64,000 nt of DNA from Gemmatimonadales bacterium (GCA_038321865.1 JBBQFH010000011.1:4137-68136); one strand, 5' to 3'; numbered from the stretch's first letter, positions 1-10,192 are shown. Numbers and translations: made by a program. The notes: generated by a model from the letters alone, not told the origin.

Positions 1-77
1 GGACGAAGCTCTCGGCGTCGAAGCCGGTCCGTCGCGTCAGCCCGAAGCGGCTGGAGTCTCATGTCGTGCTGTTTCAT
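1..77 (-). CDS. Possible 5' end of a gene running off the left edge (MKQHDMRLQP...), product unknown
   Basis: ATG at 77 (minus) with GGAG upstream and an open frame to the window edge; co-directional with the HMA gene; no recognisable motif. Confidence 0.3.
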   Translation of the reverse strand, partial: MKQHDMRLQPLRADATDRLRRRELR

Positions 78-130
78 GCTGGCTTCTCTTCTCCAATCGA
101 GCGGCGAGAGGGAGCAGTTCACTATCGCCG

Positions 131-337
131 CTATGCGGCTTTGGGCTGATACCCAGCATCGGTAATCGCCGCGCGAAGCGCGTCAGGGCTGGCAAGCGCT
201 GGGTCGAAGCTCACGGTCGCTGACCCGACCTTCACGTCCTCCACCTGCACCCCAGGGAGCCGGCTCAGTACCTTGCGAACGTTCGCCACGCAGCCGCCGC
301 AGCTCATACCGGCGATGGAAATCGAGATGCGTTGCAT
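131..337 (-). CDS. Heavy-metal-associated (HMA) domain protein, CopZ-like chaperone
   Basis: GMSCGGC metal-binding motif and C-terminal AITDAGY; start reassigned to ATG 337, preceded by GGAGAG. Confidence 0.88.
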   Translation of the reverse strand: MQRISISIAGMSCGGCVANVRKVLSRLPGVQVEDVKVGSATVSFDPALASPDALRAAITDAGYQPKAA

Positions 338-568
338 TGACTCTCCCAGTGTAAGAGTGACGCGGGCGATGGCGGTGGCGTGAATCCCGCGCTTAGCTCT
401 AGGTGACACGCACCACGCTACTTCATCAGCCTGCCGAATGGACGGTAGATGGCCGTGCGTGAAGCCGGCACGAACAGGTGATTAAGATCCCTTGAGCAAT
501 GGAGCACAGCCTGATTCTTTGCTTGCCACAGGTCGCGGGTCGCCAGCGCATCCGACTAACTTTCTCCC

Positions 569-1189
569 ATGCTTCCTTCGCACGGTGGTTTCGGCGGGCG
601 GGCGCTGGTCGCGCTGGCCCTGCTCCTCGTCGGGTCCGCCGCACAGGCACAGGCACAGGACGCGACGCCGGGGATGCGCACCCGCGCCCACGTCACGATC
701 CGCTCCGGCGCCCTCTACACGGTGGCCGACGTCGAGTTCATGCAGGGGATGATCGCCCACCACGCGCAGGCCATTGCCATGTCGCGCATGGCCGCCGAAC
801 ACCGGGCCGATCCCCGCGTCCTCAAGCTGGCCAACAAGATCGACCAGTCCCAGGTGGCAGAGATCCGCATCATGCAGGAGTGGCTCACCCGGAACGGGCA
901 GACCGCTCCCGATACCTCGTCGTGGCACACGATGCACATGACGGGGATGCTGACGGGGGCCCAGTTCGATTCGCTCCGTGCCGCCACTGGCGGCGCGTTC
1001 GATTGGGCCTATCTCACCCTCATGATTCAGCACCACGAGGGCGCGCTCGGGATGGTCCGGGATCTCCTCGCCACACCCGGCAGCGCGCAGGATGTGGACG
1101 TGAACGTCTTCGCCAACGACGTCGTCAGCGTCCAGACCGCCGAGATCGGCGCGATGCGCCGCATGCTTTCCCAGTTACCTGACAGGTAA
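569..1189 (+). CDS. Exported DUF305 (ferritin-like, CopM-like) protein
   Basis: Signal peptide; DVEFMQGMIAHHAQAIAMS and YLTLMIQHHEGALGM repeats; Q-x-AEI motifs. Confidence 0.88.
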   Translation: MLPSHGGFGGRALVALALLLVGSAAQAQAQDATPGMRTRAHVTIRSGALYTVADVEFMQGMIAHHAQAIAMSRMAAEHRADPRVLKLANKIDQSQVAEIRIMQEWLTRNGQTAPDTSSWHTMHMTGMLTGAQFDSLRAATGGAFDWAYLTLMIQHHEGALGMVRDLLATPGSAQDVDVNVFANDVVSVQTAEIGAMRRMLSQLPDR

Positions 1190-1220
1190 GCCCGCTTACA
1201 CGCTACCCGGAGCGCTTCCG

Positions 1221-3023
1221 ATGCAATTCCGCAGGGTGTTCGCCTTCGTCGCGCCGCTGCTCGTCGTGCCGTCGCTCCTGGCCGCGCAGACCTATCCCGG
1301 CAGCCAGGACCCGCGCAACGGACTCAAGCCGGGGCGGCTCGACGCCGGCGTCGCCGCAGAGAACATGCGGCTCGTCTCCTTCTCGCCGAAGCCGGCGGTG
1401 TTCGACACGGCGCGCGGCCTCACCTTCATCAACTCCGACCTCGCCTTCAGCGGCAAGTACGTCTACCAGGGAAACTTCGCCGGGTTCACGGTGTGGGATG
1501 TGAGCGACGCCACCGCGCCGAAGGTGGTGGCCGCCGTTTCCTGCATCACGGCCCAGGGGGACCCCTCCGTCATCGGCCACCTCCTGTTCATCTCGGCGGA
1601 GGGACGCGGCAACCGGAACGACTGCGCCAAGGGCGGCGTCCAGGACCCGAAGGACCACATGGCCGGCGTCCGGATCTACGACGTCTCCAATCCCGCGGCA
1701 CCGCGCCTCGTCAAGAACGTGCAGACCTGCAAGGGATCGCATACCCACACCGTCGTTCCCGATCCCAAAGACAAGGGCGTCGTCTACCTCTTTGTCTCAG
1801 GGAACCAGGGCGCGCGGCCGGACAGCGAACTGGTGGGATGCAGGGAAGGCACCGATGCGGCGGACACGACCAACTCGCTCTACCGGCTCGACGTGATCCG
1901 GGTGCCGCTGGCCCATCCGGAGCAGGCGGCCGTGGTGACAGGGGCCCGCATCTTCACGGGACTGGTTCCCGCGCCGCGGGCCGCCAGCCGGGCGGACCGT
2001 CGCCCGGCCCCGGCCCCCGGAGCGGCGACGCCGCCCGCACCGACCGGGCCGCGCAACTGCCACGACGTCACGGCGTATCCGGCGATGCACCTCCTCGCCG
2101 GCGCCTGCGCCAGCTACGGACTGCTGGTCGACATCTCCAACCCGCTGAAGCCCGTGCGGGTCGACGCCATCGCCGACACCAACTTCTCGCTCTGGCACAC
2201 CGCCGTGTTCAGCAACGACGGCAAGCGCGTCATCTTCACCGATGAATGGGGCGGCGGAACCGGGCCGATGTGCCAGGCCACCTCCATGCTCGAGATGGGC
2301 GGCAACACCATCCTCACCGTCGATCCCGCGCACAAGTACACCCAGCACGCCTACTTCAAGATCCCGACGGCGCAGACGGCCCAGGAGAACTGCGTTTCCC
2401 ACAACGGCGGCCTGATTCCGGTGCCCGGCCGGGACATCATGGTGCAGGGCTGGTATCAGGGCGGCGTGAGCGTGATGGAGTTCACCGATCCCGACCATCC
2501 ACGGGAGCTGGCGTTCTTCGACCGCGGCCCGATCGATTCGCCGCCGCCGGCCACTGACTCCGCCGCCGCCACGGGCGGCCGTCCGCGCGGCACCATCGGC
2601 GGCTCCTGGGGCGCCTACTGGTGGAACGGCAGGATCTACTCGTCCGAGCTCGACCGCGGCTTCGACATCCTCGAGCTGGTGCCGAGCGACCTGATCTCGT
2701 CCAACGAGATCGAGGCGGCGAAGCTGGTGCACCTCGCCGAGTACAACCCGCAGAGCCAGCCGAAGCTCGAGTGGCCGGCCGCCTTCCCGGTGGTGCGCTC
2801 GTTCCTCGACCAGCTGATGCGCGGCAACGGCCTCGCCGCCGCGCGGACGACGGCGATCGCGCGCGCGCTGGATGCCGCTGAGAAGCGGAGCGGCGGCGCA
2901 CGGCGTACCGCGCTGCAGACGCTGGCCGCCCAGGTGCGCAGGGATGCGAACGGTGCGGCGGATCCGACGCGGGTCACGGCGATGGCCTCGGCGATTAGTG
3001 CGCTCGCGAAGGCGACGGACTAG
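1221..3023 (+). CDS. Exported LVIVD-repeat beta-propeller protein
   Basis: Signal peptide; NSDLAF, repeated GxxxxDVS(D/N)xxxP blades, GSHTHT, CHDVT, CVSHNG, QGWYQGG. Confidence 0.8.
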   Translation: MQFRRVFAFVAPLLVVPSLLAAQTYPGSQDPRNGLKPGRLDAGVAAENMRLVSFSPKPAVFDTARGLTFINSDLAFSGKYVYQGNFAGFTVWDVSDATAPKVVAAVSCITAQGDPSVIGHLLFISAEGRGNRNDCAKGGVQDPKDHMAGVRIYDVSNPAAPRLVKNVQTCKGSHTHTVVPDPKDKGVVYLFVSGNQGARPDSELVGCREGTDAADTTNSLYRLDVIRVPLAHPEQAAVVTGARIFTGLVPAPRAASRADRRPAPAPGAATPPAPTGPRNCHDVTAYPAMHLLAGACASYGLLVDISNPLKPVRVDAIADTNFSLWHTAVFSNDGKRVIFTDEWGGGTGPMCQATSMLEMGGNTILTVDPAHKYTQHAYFKIPTAQTAQENCVSHNGGLIPVPGRDIMVQGWYQGGVSVMEFTDPDHPRELAFFDRGPIDSPPPATDSAAATGGRPRGTIGGSWGAYWWNGRIYSSELDRGFDILELVPSDLISSNEIEAAKLVHLAEYNPQSQPKLEWPAAFPVVRSFLDQLMRGNGLAAARTTAIARALDAAEKRSGGARRTALQTLAAQVRRDANGAADPTRVTAMASAISALAKATD

Positions 3024-3027
3024 CGCC

Positions 3028-3438
3028 ATGCGGCTCGACGTCTACGTCAACTATCGCGGCACCTGCGAGCAGGCGTTCCAGTTCTATGCGGAACACCTCG
3101 GCGGCAGGATTACCGACCTGGTCAGACACTCGGCGATGCCGAATCCGAACATTCCCGCCGACTGGGCGGAGAAGGTGCTTCACGCGCGCATCGAGATCGG
3201 CGGGACGATCCTCATGGGGGCGGACGTGCCCCAGGCCGAACCGATGCGGAGCACCTATCTGACGCTGACGTTCGACCGCGAGGAGGAGGCGGAGCGGGTG
3301 TACACGCTGCTCGTGGACGGAGGCGAGATCTTCATGAAGCTGGAAAAGACCGGCTTCGCCAACCGGTTCGCCATGCTGCGCGACCGGTTCGGCACCTCGT
3401 GGATGCTGCTGCACGGGGCAGCGACGGACGCGCCATGA
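3028..3438 (+). CDS. VOC family protein (PhnB-like)
   Basis: YVNYRGTCEQAFQFY, VLHARI, LMGAD, DRFGTSWML; ATG at 3028. Confidence 0.85.
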   Translation: MRLDVYVNYRGTCEQAFQFYAEHLGGRITDLVRHSAMPNPNIPADWAEKVLHARIEIGGTILMGADVPQAEPMRSTYLTLTFDREEEAERVYTLLVDGGEIFMKLEKTGFANRFAMLRDRFGTSWMLLHGAATDAP

Positions 3439-4325
3439 TCAGCACTCGCTGGACCCTTGGCTTCAGCGCCGCGCTCGCGGTGGCCGGCTGCAGCTCGGCG
3501 GTGCAGGGCGGCTCATCCGCCGTCGCGCCGCGGGCGTTCGCGTCCGACCAGATCAGCGTGGTGACGCGCGGCTCGGGTCCCGATGTCATCCTCATCCACG
3601 GTCTCGCCGGCAACATCGGCGTCTGGGACGCGTCGGCCGACGCACTCGGCAAGCACTTTCGTCTCCACCTCGTCCAGATTCACGGCTTCGGCGGCGTGGC
3701 GCGGACCAGCGCCGACAGCATGGTGAGTGCCGCGGCAGCCCGGGAAATGGCGCGCTACATCCGGGAGACGCGCCTGACGCGCCCCGCGCTCGTCGGGCAT
3801 TCGATGGGCGGCACCATCGCGATGATGGTGGCGGCGCGCAATCCGGGGCTGGTCGGACGGGTGATGGTGGTGGACATGGTGCCGTTCATGGGCGCAATGT
3901 TCGGGCAGCCGGAGGGGACGCCTGAAACGCTGCGCCCGATGGCCGATCAGCTGCGCACCCAGATCCTTAGCGGCCCCATGCTCGATCAGATGGTCGTGAC
4001 GATGACCCGGAGCGAGGCCAACCGCCAGAAGCTGCTCGCCTACGCCGACTCCAGCGACCGCGTGACCGTCGCCAACGCGTTGCACGAGCTCCTGCTGACG
4101 GACATGCGCCCCGAGCTGGCGAATCTCGGCGTCCCGCTGACCGTCCTCTACGTCCAGCGCGCGGATGTGCCGATGCCCCGCGACCAGTACGACGCCTCGA
4201 TGAAGGAGCTGTACCACAACGCGCCGAACGTGACGCTGGTGCGGGTCGAGGACAGCAACCACTACATCCAGCTCGACCAGCCCGAGCGCTTCGTGGCGGC
4301 GGTCGAGGCGTTCATGCGGCGCTAG
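3435..4325 (+). CDS. Alpha/beta hydrolase, probable lipoprotein
   Basis: Lipobox LAVAGC; LIHGLA, GHSMGG nucleophile, SNHYIQLDQP; ATGA overlap with upstream gene. Confidence 0.88.
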   Translation: MISTRWTLGFSAALAVAGCSSAVQGGSSAVAPRAFASDQISVVTRGSGPDVILIHGLAGNIGVWDASADALGKHFRLHLVQIHGFGGVARTSADSMVSAAAAREMARYIRETRLTRPALVGHSMGGTIAMMVAARNPGLVGRVMVVDMVPFMGAMFGQPEGTPETLRPMADQLRTQILSGPMLDQMVVTMTRSEANRQKLLAYADSSDRVTVANALHELLLTDMRPELANLGVPLTVLYVQRADVPMPRDQYDASMKELYHNAPNVTLVRVEDSNHYIQLDQPERFVAAVEAFMRR

Positions 4326-4341
4326 CGTCCGGGGGCGCTCC

Positions 4342-6960
4342 CTAGCGTACGATCAGCCGCCCCCGCAGCCGGAGATCGCGGGATGAGCTGCCGACCATGA
4401 CCTGGAACGCGCCGGGCTCGACCACCCAGTGGAGCCCGGCGTCGAGCATCTGGAGTTGTGCGCGGTCGACGCGGAAGCGCACCTCCCGCTCCTCACCCGG
4501 CGCCAGGTGCACGCGGGCGAACCCCGCCAGCTGCAGCACCGGCCGGGCCACCGACGCCAGCTTGTCGCGCACGTAGAGCTGGACCACTTCGTCGCCGGCC
4601 ACCCCGCCCGTGTTCCGCACCAGACAACGCACTTCCGCCCCGTCTCGCCGGCCGATGGTGTCCGGCGTGATCTCGAGGTTCCGGTACTCGAAGGTGGTGT
4701 AGCTCAGTCCGTACCCGAATGGAAACAGCGGCTGCCCGGTCAGGTCGGCGTAATCGTCGCCTCGGCCCGTGGGCTGGTGATAGTAGGTGAGCGGAAGCTG
4801 CCCTTCCTCGATCGGAAAGGTGATCGGGATCCGGCCGGCGGGATTGCTGCGGCCGAAGAGCACGTCAGCCACCGCCGCACCGCCTTCGTCTCCGGGGTAC
4901 CACGCGTCCAGCACGGCGGCGGCCCCGTCGATCCACCGGTCCATCCTGATGGCGCTCCCGCCGATCAGGACCACCACCACGGGACGCCCGGTGGCGGCGA
5001 CCGCCTCGATCAGCTCTTCCTGGTGTCCCGGCAGCCCGAGCCGGGCCCGGTCCCGGAACTCTCCTTCGTCGATCCCCGCGACCACGATCGCCACCTCGCT
5101 CCGCCGCGCCAGCGCGACGGCACTGTCCACCGACTCACGCCAGCTCTCCGACTCGCCGTCGTCACGGACCAGCCTGACGTGACCGTTGCCGGTGGTCTCG
5201 AAGTATTCCAGGCGCAGGGCGTGCGACGATCCGGGAGCGAGCTGCACATCGGCCATGCGCCTTCCGTATGAGCGCTTCACCCAATCGTCGATCAGGAGCC
5301 TGCCGTCGAGGTAGAGACGGTAGCCGTCGTTTCCCTCCACGCCGAGCCGGTGCACGGAGCGTGGCCCGGCGGTAAAGGTGCCGGTCCAGCGGACGGAGTA
5401 CCAGTCGAGCGGAATGCCGGGCGCCGGCGGGCTCAGCGTCCAGTGAAAGTCCACGGCGGGATCCCGGCGAACGGCGGCGGGTGCACCGTCGAGGTGGATG
5501 TTCGCGAAATACTCTCCACGAAGACCGGCGACGCGGGCCCCCATCGAGTCCGTGCCGAGCTCCACGGCGGGCACCGGCACGGATGGCGCCGAGCCGCGGC
5601 CGGGGCCTGCGGCGAATTCCACACGCATTCCCTCGCCGACCAGCGCCCGAATCCCCGCCAGAATCGAGAGGTGACGCACCCCCGGCCCGCTGTAGCCGCC
5701 GAGCCGTGCCTCGGCCGCGTCGGTGCCGATGACTGCGACGGAGTGCAGCGTGTCACTGAGCGGCAGCAGGCCGCGATTCCGGAGGAGGACGATCGATTCC
5801 CCGGCGGCGCGGCGAGCGAGCGCCAGGTGCGCAGCGCTGCCATTGACGCGGTCGGCGCTGTCGGCATTCACGTACGGCGCGTCGAAGAGGCCAAGGCGGA
5901 ACTTGGCTTCCAGCACGTGCGTGGCCGCGGAATCGATCACCGCCCTCGGCACCAGCCCGCGCCGGACGGCGTCCCAGTAGGGTTTGTACTGGGGCCAGGA
6001 GGACTGAAATACGACGTCGAGTCCCGCCTTCAATGCATGGGCGGCCGCTTCGGGGGTGCCGGACTCGGTGTGATGGAGGACGACGGCGCCGCCGGTGGCC
6101 GCGGCGTCGGAGATGACGAAGCCCTGGAATCCCAACGCACGGCGGAGGATGTCGGTGAGGAGCCAGCGATTCTGGGTGGCGGGGACGCCATCAACGGAGT
6201 TGTAGGCGGTCATGACCGACTGGGCGCCGGCCGAGATGGCGGCGCGGAAGGGAGGAAAGAAATACTCCTCCAGCCGCCGGCGACTGATGTCGATCGGGTA
6301 GCTGTCGCGGCCGCCTTCGCCGACGTTGGCGACGAAGTGCTTGGGCGTGGTGATGACGCCCTCTCGCTCGAAGCCGCCGACGTAGGCGCGGGCCATGGCG
6401 GAGGCGAGCCAGGGATCTTCGCCGTAAGTCTCCTCGACCCGGCCCCAGCGGACATCGCTGGCGAGATTGACGACCGGCGAGAGCACCTGCCGGATGCCGC
6501 GGCTCCGGCTCTCGATGGCGGCGGCGGCCGCCACCTCGGCCATCAGGGCGGTGTCCCAGGTGGCCGCGAGCGCGATCGCCGCCGGAAAGACGGTGGCGCC
6601 GGGCCGTACCAGACCGTGGACCGCCTCCTCGAACGGAATGATGGGGATGCCGAGCCGGGTGCGTTCGGAGAAGTAGTGCTGGATGCGGTTGATGTTGCGC
6701 GCGTCGGCGGCCGGCGATGCGGCGGCGGGCACTTGCAGGCCGAAGATGCCGTGGGAGTGATCCTGAGTCGAGTCGCTCAGGTCGCCGGGGACCATGAAGA
6801 GCTGCCAGAACTTTTCCTCGAGCGTCATGCGGCCCAGCAGATCGCGCGCTCGCGCGGCCGGGGCGAGGTGCCGGTTACGGTATGGCAGCGTGCCCTGCGG
6901 CTGCGCAGTGCACGGCACGAGCAGGAGTATCAGCAGCGGGGCCAGCGGGCGGACGCGCAT
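4342..6960 (-). CDS. GH3 beta-glucosidase/xylosidase with PA14 and Fn3-like domains
   Basis: MTLEEK, EEAVHG, WGRVEETYGEDP, KHF, GFVISD, PA14 insert (SVRWTG), FPFGYGLSYT, EVVQLY; start 6960 chosen for the signal peptide. Confidence 0.93.
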   Translation of the reverse strand: MRVRPLAPLLILLLVPCTAQPQGTLPYRNRHLAPAARARDLLGRMTLEEKFWQLFMVPGDLSDSTQDHSHGIFGLQVPAAASPAADARNINRIQHYFSERTRLGIPIIPFEEAVHGLVRPGATVFPAAIALAATWDTALMAEVAAAAAIESRSRGIRQVLSPVVNLASDVRWGRVEETYGEDPWLASAMARAYVGGFEREGVITTPKHFVANVGEGGRDSYPIDISRRRLEEYFFPPFRAAISAGAQSVMTAYNSVDGVPATQNRWLLTDILRRALGFQGFVISDAAATGGAVVLHHTESGTPEAAAHALKAGLDVVFQSSWPQYKPYWDAVRRGLVPRAVIDSAATHVLEAKFRLGLFDAPYVNADSADRVNGSAAHLALARRAAGESIVLLRNRGLLPLSDTLHSVAVIGTDAAEARLGGYSGPGVRHLSILAGIRALVGEGMRVEFAAGPGRGSAPSVPVPAVELGTDSMGARVAGLRGEYFANIHLDGAPAAVRRDPAVDFHWTLSPPAPGIPLDWYSVRWTGTFTAGPRSVHRLGVEGNDGYRLYLDGRLLIDDWVKRSYGRRMADVQLAPGSSHALRLEYFETTGNGHVRLVRDDGESESWRESVDSAVALARRSEVAIVVAGIDEGEFRDRARLGLPGHQEELIEAVAATGRPVVVVLIGGSAIRMDRWIDGAAAVLDAWYPGDEGGAAVADVLFGRSNPAGRIPITFPIEEGQLPLTYYHQPTGRGDDYADLTGQPLFPFGYGLSYTTFEYRNLEITPDTIGRRDGAEVRCLVRNTGGVAGDEVVQLYVRDKLASVARPVLQLAGFARVHLAPGEEREVRFRVDRAQLQMLDAGLHWVVEPGAFQVMVGSSSRDLRLRGRLIVR

Positions 6961-7098
6961 GCCCAACAATGGAACCGGCCGAAGGTGGCGGCAAGGCGTC
7001 ACCCCGGCGACCCTAGTTCTCCCAGTAGCCGATCCTGCGGTCGCGCCGTATCGTTGGGGGCCCGTGTGCGATCACGCCATCACTACCTCGGAGGTTGC

Positions 7099-7485
7099 AT
7101 GAAGCGAGTCACCGGCATCGGCGGCGTCTTCTTCAAGGCCAAGGACGCGCCGGCCCTGCACGCCTGGTACCGGCGACACCTCGGCATCGATGTCCAGGAA
7201 TGGGGTGGCGCGTCGTTCGACTGGACCGACGGTGACGGCAAGCCGGTAGGCGGAACGACGGCCTGGCTGATCGCGCCGGCACAGAGCAACCAGTTTGCGC
7301 CCAGCGCCGCGCCGTTCATGGTCAACTACCGGGTGGACGATCTCCACGCCCTGCTCGAGGCGCTGCGCGAGGAAGGCTGCAACGTGCTCGACAAGGTCGA
7401 CGATTCCGAGTACGGAAAGTTCGGCTGGGTTGTGGATCCGGAAGGAAACAAGGTGGAGTTGTGGCAGCCGCCTGCCGGACAGTGA
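7099..7485 (+). CDS. VOC/glyoxalase family protein
   Basis: MKRVTGIGGVFFK...MVNYRVDDL...YGKFGWVVDPEGNKVELWQP; GGAGG RBS. Confidence 0.9.
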   Translation: MKRVTGIGGVFFKAKDAPALHAWYRRHLGIDVQEWGGASFDWTDGDGKPVGGTTAWLIAPAQSNQFAPSAAPFMVNYRVDDLHALLEALREEGCNVLDKVDDSEYGKFGWVVDPEGNKVELWQPPAGQ

Positions 7486-7525
7486 CCATGATGGAGCGCA
7501 TTGCACAACACTTCGCGAGGGCCGG

Positions 7526-8086
7526 ATGACGCCAATCATGTCGTTGCTGCTGCCGATCGTCCTGTCCGCGGTCGCCGTCTTCGTGCTCACGATGATCCTG
7601 CACATGACGCCATGGCACCGGCGTGACTACCTGCGGCTTCCCGATGAGGACGGCGTGATGCAGGCGCTCCGCCCGTTCAACATTCCGCCCAACGACTACT
7701 TGACGCCGCATCCCGGCTCGGGCGATTACATGAAGTCGCCCGAATACGACGCCAAACGCGATGCCGGCCCGGTGATGGTCCTGACGGTCGTGCCGTTGGG
7801 GCCGTGGAAGATTGGCAGGATGATGGGGTTGTGGTTCCTCTTCACCATCGTGGTGGCGGCGATCGTCGCGTGCGTCGTCGGGACGATCGTGCCTCCCGGT
7901 GGCCACACCCACACGGTGTTTCACGACGTCGCCGTCATCACCTTCCTCAGCTATGCGATGGGTGCGGTTCCGCTGTCGATCTGGTACGCCCGCAAGTGGT
8001 CCACGACGCTCAGGACCGCCGTGGACGCGCTGCTGTACGCGCTGGCGTCCGGGGGGATCTTTGCGATGATGTGGCCGCATGCGTAG
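7526..8086 (+). CDS. Membrane protein of unknown function (about 4 TM)
   Basis: Hydrophobic segments, HMTPWH motif, GAGG RBS, GC3-biased frame. Confidence 0.75.
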   Translation: MTPIMSLLLPIVLSAVAVFVLTMILHMTPWHRRDYLRLPDEDGVMQALRPFNIPPNDYLTPHPGSGDYMKSPEYDAKRDAGPVMVLTVVPLGPWKIGRMMGLWFLFTIVVAAIVACVVGTIVPPGGHTHTVFHDVAVITFLSYAMGAVPLSIWYARKWSTTLRTAVDALLYALASGGIFAMMWPHA

Positions 8087-8519
8087 CGTAATAGTCGTGA
8101 CACTTCTCGGGCTCGTCGGCTCTGACTGCCGGCAGCCTCAACCCGCGGCGGCCGTCGAGACCACCGTTTCGGCGGCGGATTATGCGTTCCAGGTTCCCAG
8201 GCACTTTTCGCAGGGCCGTGCCGTGTTCCGTCTTCGGAACACCGGCCGCGTACCCCATGAAATGGCGTTGGGTCAGTTACGTCCCGGTATGACGGCCGAC
8301 TCGGTGCTCGCGCGGGTTGCCTCCGGCAAGGATCCCGCGGAACTCACGGACGGCGTCGTCGGCATCCTGATCGCCGGACCCGGCACCTCCAGTCTTGGCA
8401 CGCTGAGTGCCGACCTGATCCGGGGACGGACATACATGATGATCTGCCAGTTTCGCGACGCGGACTCGCTGCCGCCGCATCTGGCCATGGGCATGCAGGC
8501 GAGTTTTCTGGTGGACTAG
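8079..8519 (+). CDS. Exported single-domain cupredoxin-like protein
   Basis: Signal-like N-terminus; DYAF...NTGRVPHEM and C-x10-H-x4-M (CQFRDADSLPPHLAMGM) type-1 Cu-like ligands. Confidence 0.7.
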   Translation: MRSVIVVTLLGLVGSDCRQPQPAAAVETTVSAADYAFQVPRHFSQGRAVFRLRNTGRVPHEMALGQLRPGMTADSVLARVASGKDPAELTDGVVGILIAGPGTSSLGTLSADLIRGRTYMMICQFRDADSLPPHLAMGMQASFLVD

Positions 8520-10192
8520 TACCCGACGGCAGCTCCATCCTTTCGCGGATCCGACCCCGCCGCATACCCCTTCGGCAGGCGCATGATCGCCTGCGACCCG
8601 CCGAACTGCACGGCGCTCTCATCGGTGATCGCATGTCCCATCGCCGCCAGCGCCGCTCGCACGCCGTCACTGATCGGCGCCTCGAGCGCGATGCGGGTGC
8701 CGCCCAGGTGCCGGAATCGCGCTGCGTCGATCGCCTGCTGAAGCCCCATGCCGAACACGAAGAGGTTGAGCAGCACCTGCACGTGTCCCTGCGCCTGCAT
8801 CGATCCGCCCATCACGCCGAAGCTCATCCACGGCGTGTCGCCCCGGCCGTCCGGTGACGACGCGGCACCGGGCTTCGTCACGAACGCCGGCACCAGTGTG
8901 TGGAACGGCCGCTTCCCCGGCGCCACCGTGTTGGGGAGCCCCTCCTCCAGCGTGAACCCCGCCCCCCGGTTCTGCAGCGCGAACCCGGTTCCCGGCACCA
9001 CCACCCCCGAGCCGAACAGGTCGTACAGACTGTTGATGAACGACACCATGTTGCCCGCGCTGTCGGCCGCCGTCAGGTAGATCGTCTCGCTGGCGGTGAG
9101 CGCCGGACCCGGGTCCACCCGGTCGGCCGCGTGCGCCGCGTTCATGTGGCTCCGCCGCTCGGCGATGAATCGGTCGGACAGCATGCGCCCCACCGGCATC
9201 GTCAGGTGATCGGCGTCTCCCACGTACCGCGCGAGGTCGGCGTAGGCCAGCTTCTTCGCCTCGATCAGATGGTGGAGGTACGCCGCCGAGTTGTGGCCCA
9301 TCGCCTTGAGATCGTAGGGCTCGAGGATCCGGAGCATCTCCAGCGCGGCCACACCCTGGTTGCTGGGCGGCAACTCCCAGATGCGGTATCCCTTGAACAG
9401 CGTCGAGATTGGGGTGACCCAGGTGGGCTGGTTGGCGCGGAGGTCCTCGAGGGTGAGGAAGCCGCCCAGGCCGTCGAGATGCTTCACGATGCGCTGGCCA
9501 AGCGGGCCGCCGTAGAGCGCCGCCGGCCCCTCCACCGCGATCTCGCGCAGCGTGCGCGCGTAGTCCGGGTTCCGGAACCACTCACCCGCCGCGGGCGCGT
9601 GGGTGCCGCCGATCAGGAAGGTCGCGCGCCCCGCGGAGTCGTGCAGCGCCTCGGACGCCGTCGCCTGCCAGTCGGCGGCGATCACCGGCGTGACCGGGAA
9701 CCCCTCCTCGGCGTAGCGGATCGCCGGCGCCAGTGCCTCCGCCAGCGAAATCGTCCCGTACTTCTTCAGCAGCTCGGCCCATCCCGCCAGCGCCCCCGGC
9801 ACCGTCACCGTCTCGGCGCCGCCCAGCGGCATCTCCTTGTGTCCCCGGCGCAGGAGCTCGGCCCGCGTCATCCGCGCGCCGGCCCGTCCGGCGGCGTTGA
9901 GCGCCACCAGGCGGTGCTCCTTCGCGATCCACACCATGGCGAACATGTCGCCGCCGATGCCGGTCATCATCGGCTCGACCACCGAGAGCACCGCCGCCGA
10001 AGTGACCGCCGCGTCGATCGCGTTGCCGCCACGCTGGAGCACGGCGAGGCCGGCGGCGCTTGCCAGCGGCTGGCTGGTGGCGACGATCCCGTGCGGCGCG
10101 TAGACGGTAGAGCGGGCGGCCATCGAGAGGGGGCGCTGGGCGTGGAGGGAGATCGGGACCAGCGAGCAAGCGACGAGCGCCGGGATTCGCAT
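8516..10192 (-). CDS. ggt: Gamma-glutamyltransferase family protein (YwrD-like subgroup), exported
   Basis: GGNAIDAAV, EPMMTGIGGD, ETIYLTAAD (Thr nucleophile), PGKRPFHT, GVMGG, GSDPRKDG; ATG 10192. Confidence 0.92.
   Translation of the reverse strand: MRIPALVACSLVPISLHAQRPLSMAARSTVYAPHGIVATSQPLASAAGLAVLQRGGNAIDAAVTSAAVLSVVEPMMTGIGGDMFAMVWIAKEHRLVALNAAGRAGARMTRAELLRRGHKEMPLGGAETVTVPGALAGWAELLKKYGTISLAEALAPAIRYAEEGFPVTPVIAADWQATASEALHDSAGRATFLIGGTHAPAAGEWFRNPDYARTLREIAVEGPAALYGGPLGQRIVKHLDGLGGFLTLEDLRANQPTWVTPISTLFKGYRIWELPPSNQGVAALEMLRILEPYDLKAMGHNSAAYLHHLIEAKKLAYADLARYVGDADHLTMPVGRMLSDRFIAERRSHMNAAHAADRVDPGPALTASETIYLTAADSAGNMVSFINSLYDLFGSGVVVPGTGFALQNRGAGFTLEEGLPNTVAPGKRPFHTLVPAFVTKPGAASSPDGRGDTPWMSFGVMGGSMQAQGHVQVLLNLFVFGMGLQQAIDAARFRHLGGTRIALEAPISDGVRAALAAMGHAITDESAVQFGGSQAIMRLPKGYAAGSDPRKDGAAVGY

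Noticed and set aside
479..487. TGATTAAGA, resembling the reverse complement of a tRNA-Lys anticodon loop (possible att remnant) in a lower-GC spacer
   Set aside because: Only 9 nt match, with no tRNA fold, integrase or second copy in the window
5350..7098. Long N-terminal extension of the 711-aa ORF ending at 7485
   Set aside because: Antisense to the GH3 gene; the real VOC gene starts at 7099 with its own RBS
3028..8519. Small VOC/hydrolase/membrane genes resembling integron cassettes
   Set aside because: No attC-like elements or integrase; the genes overlap or abut directly
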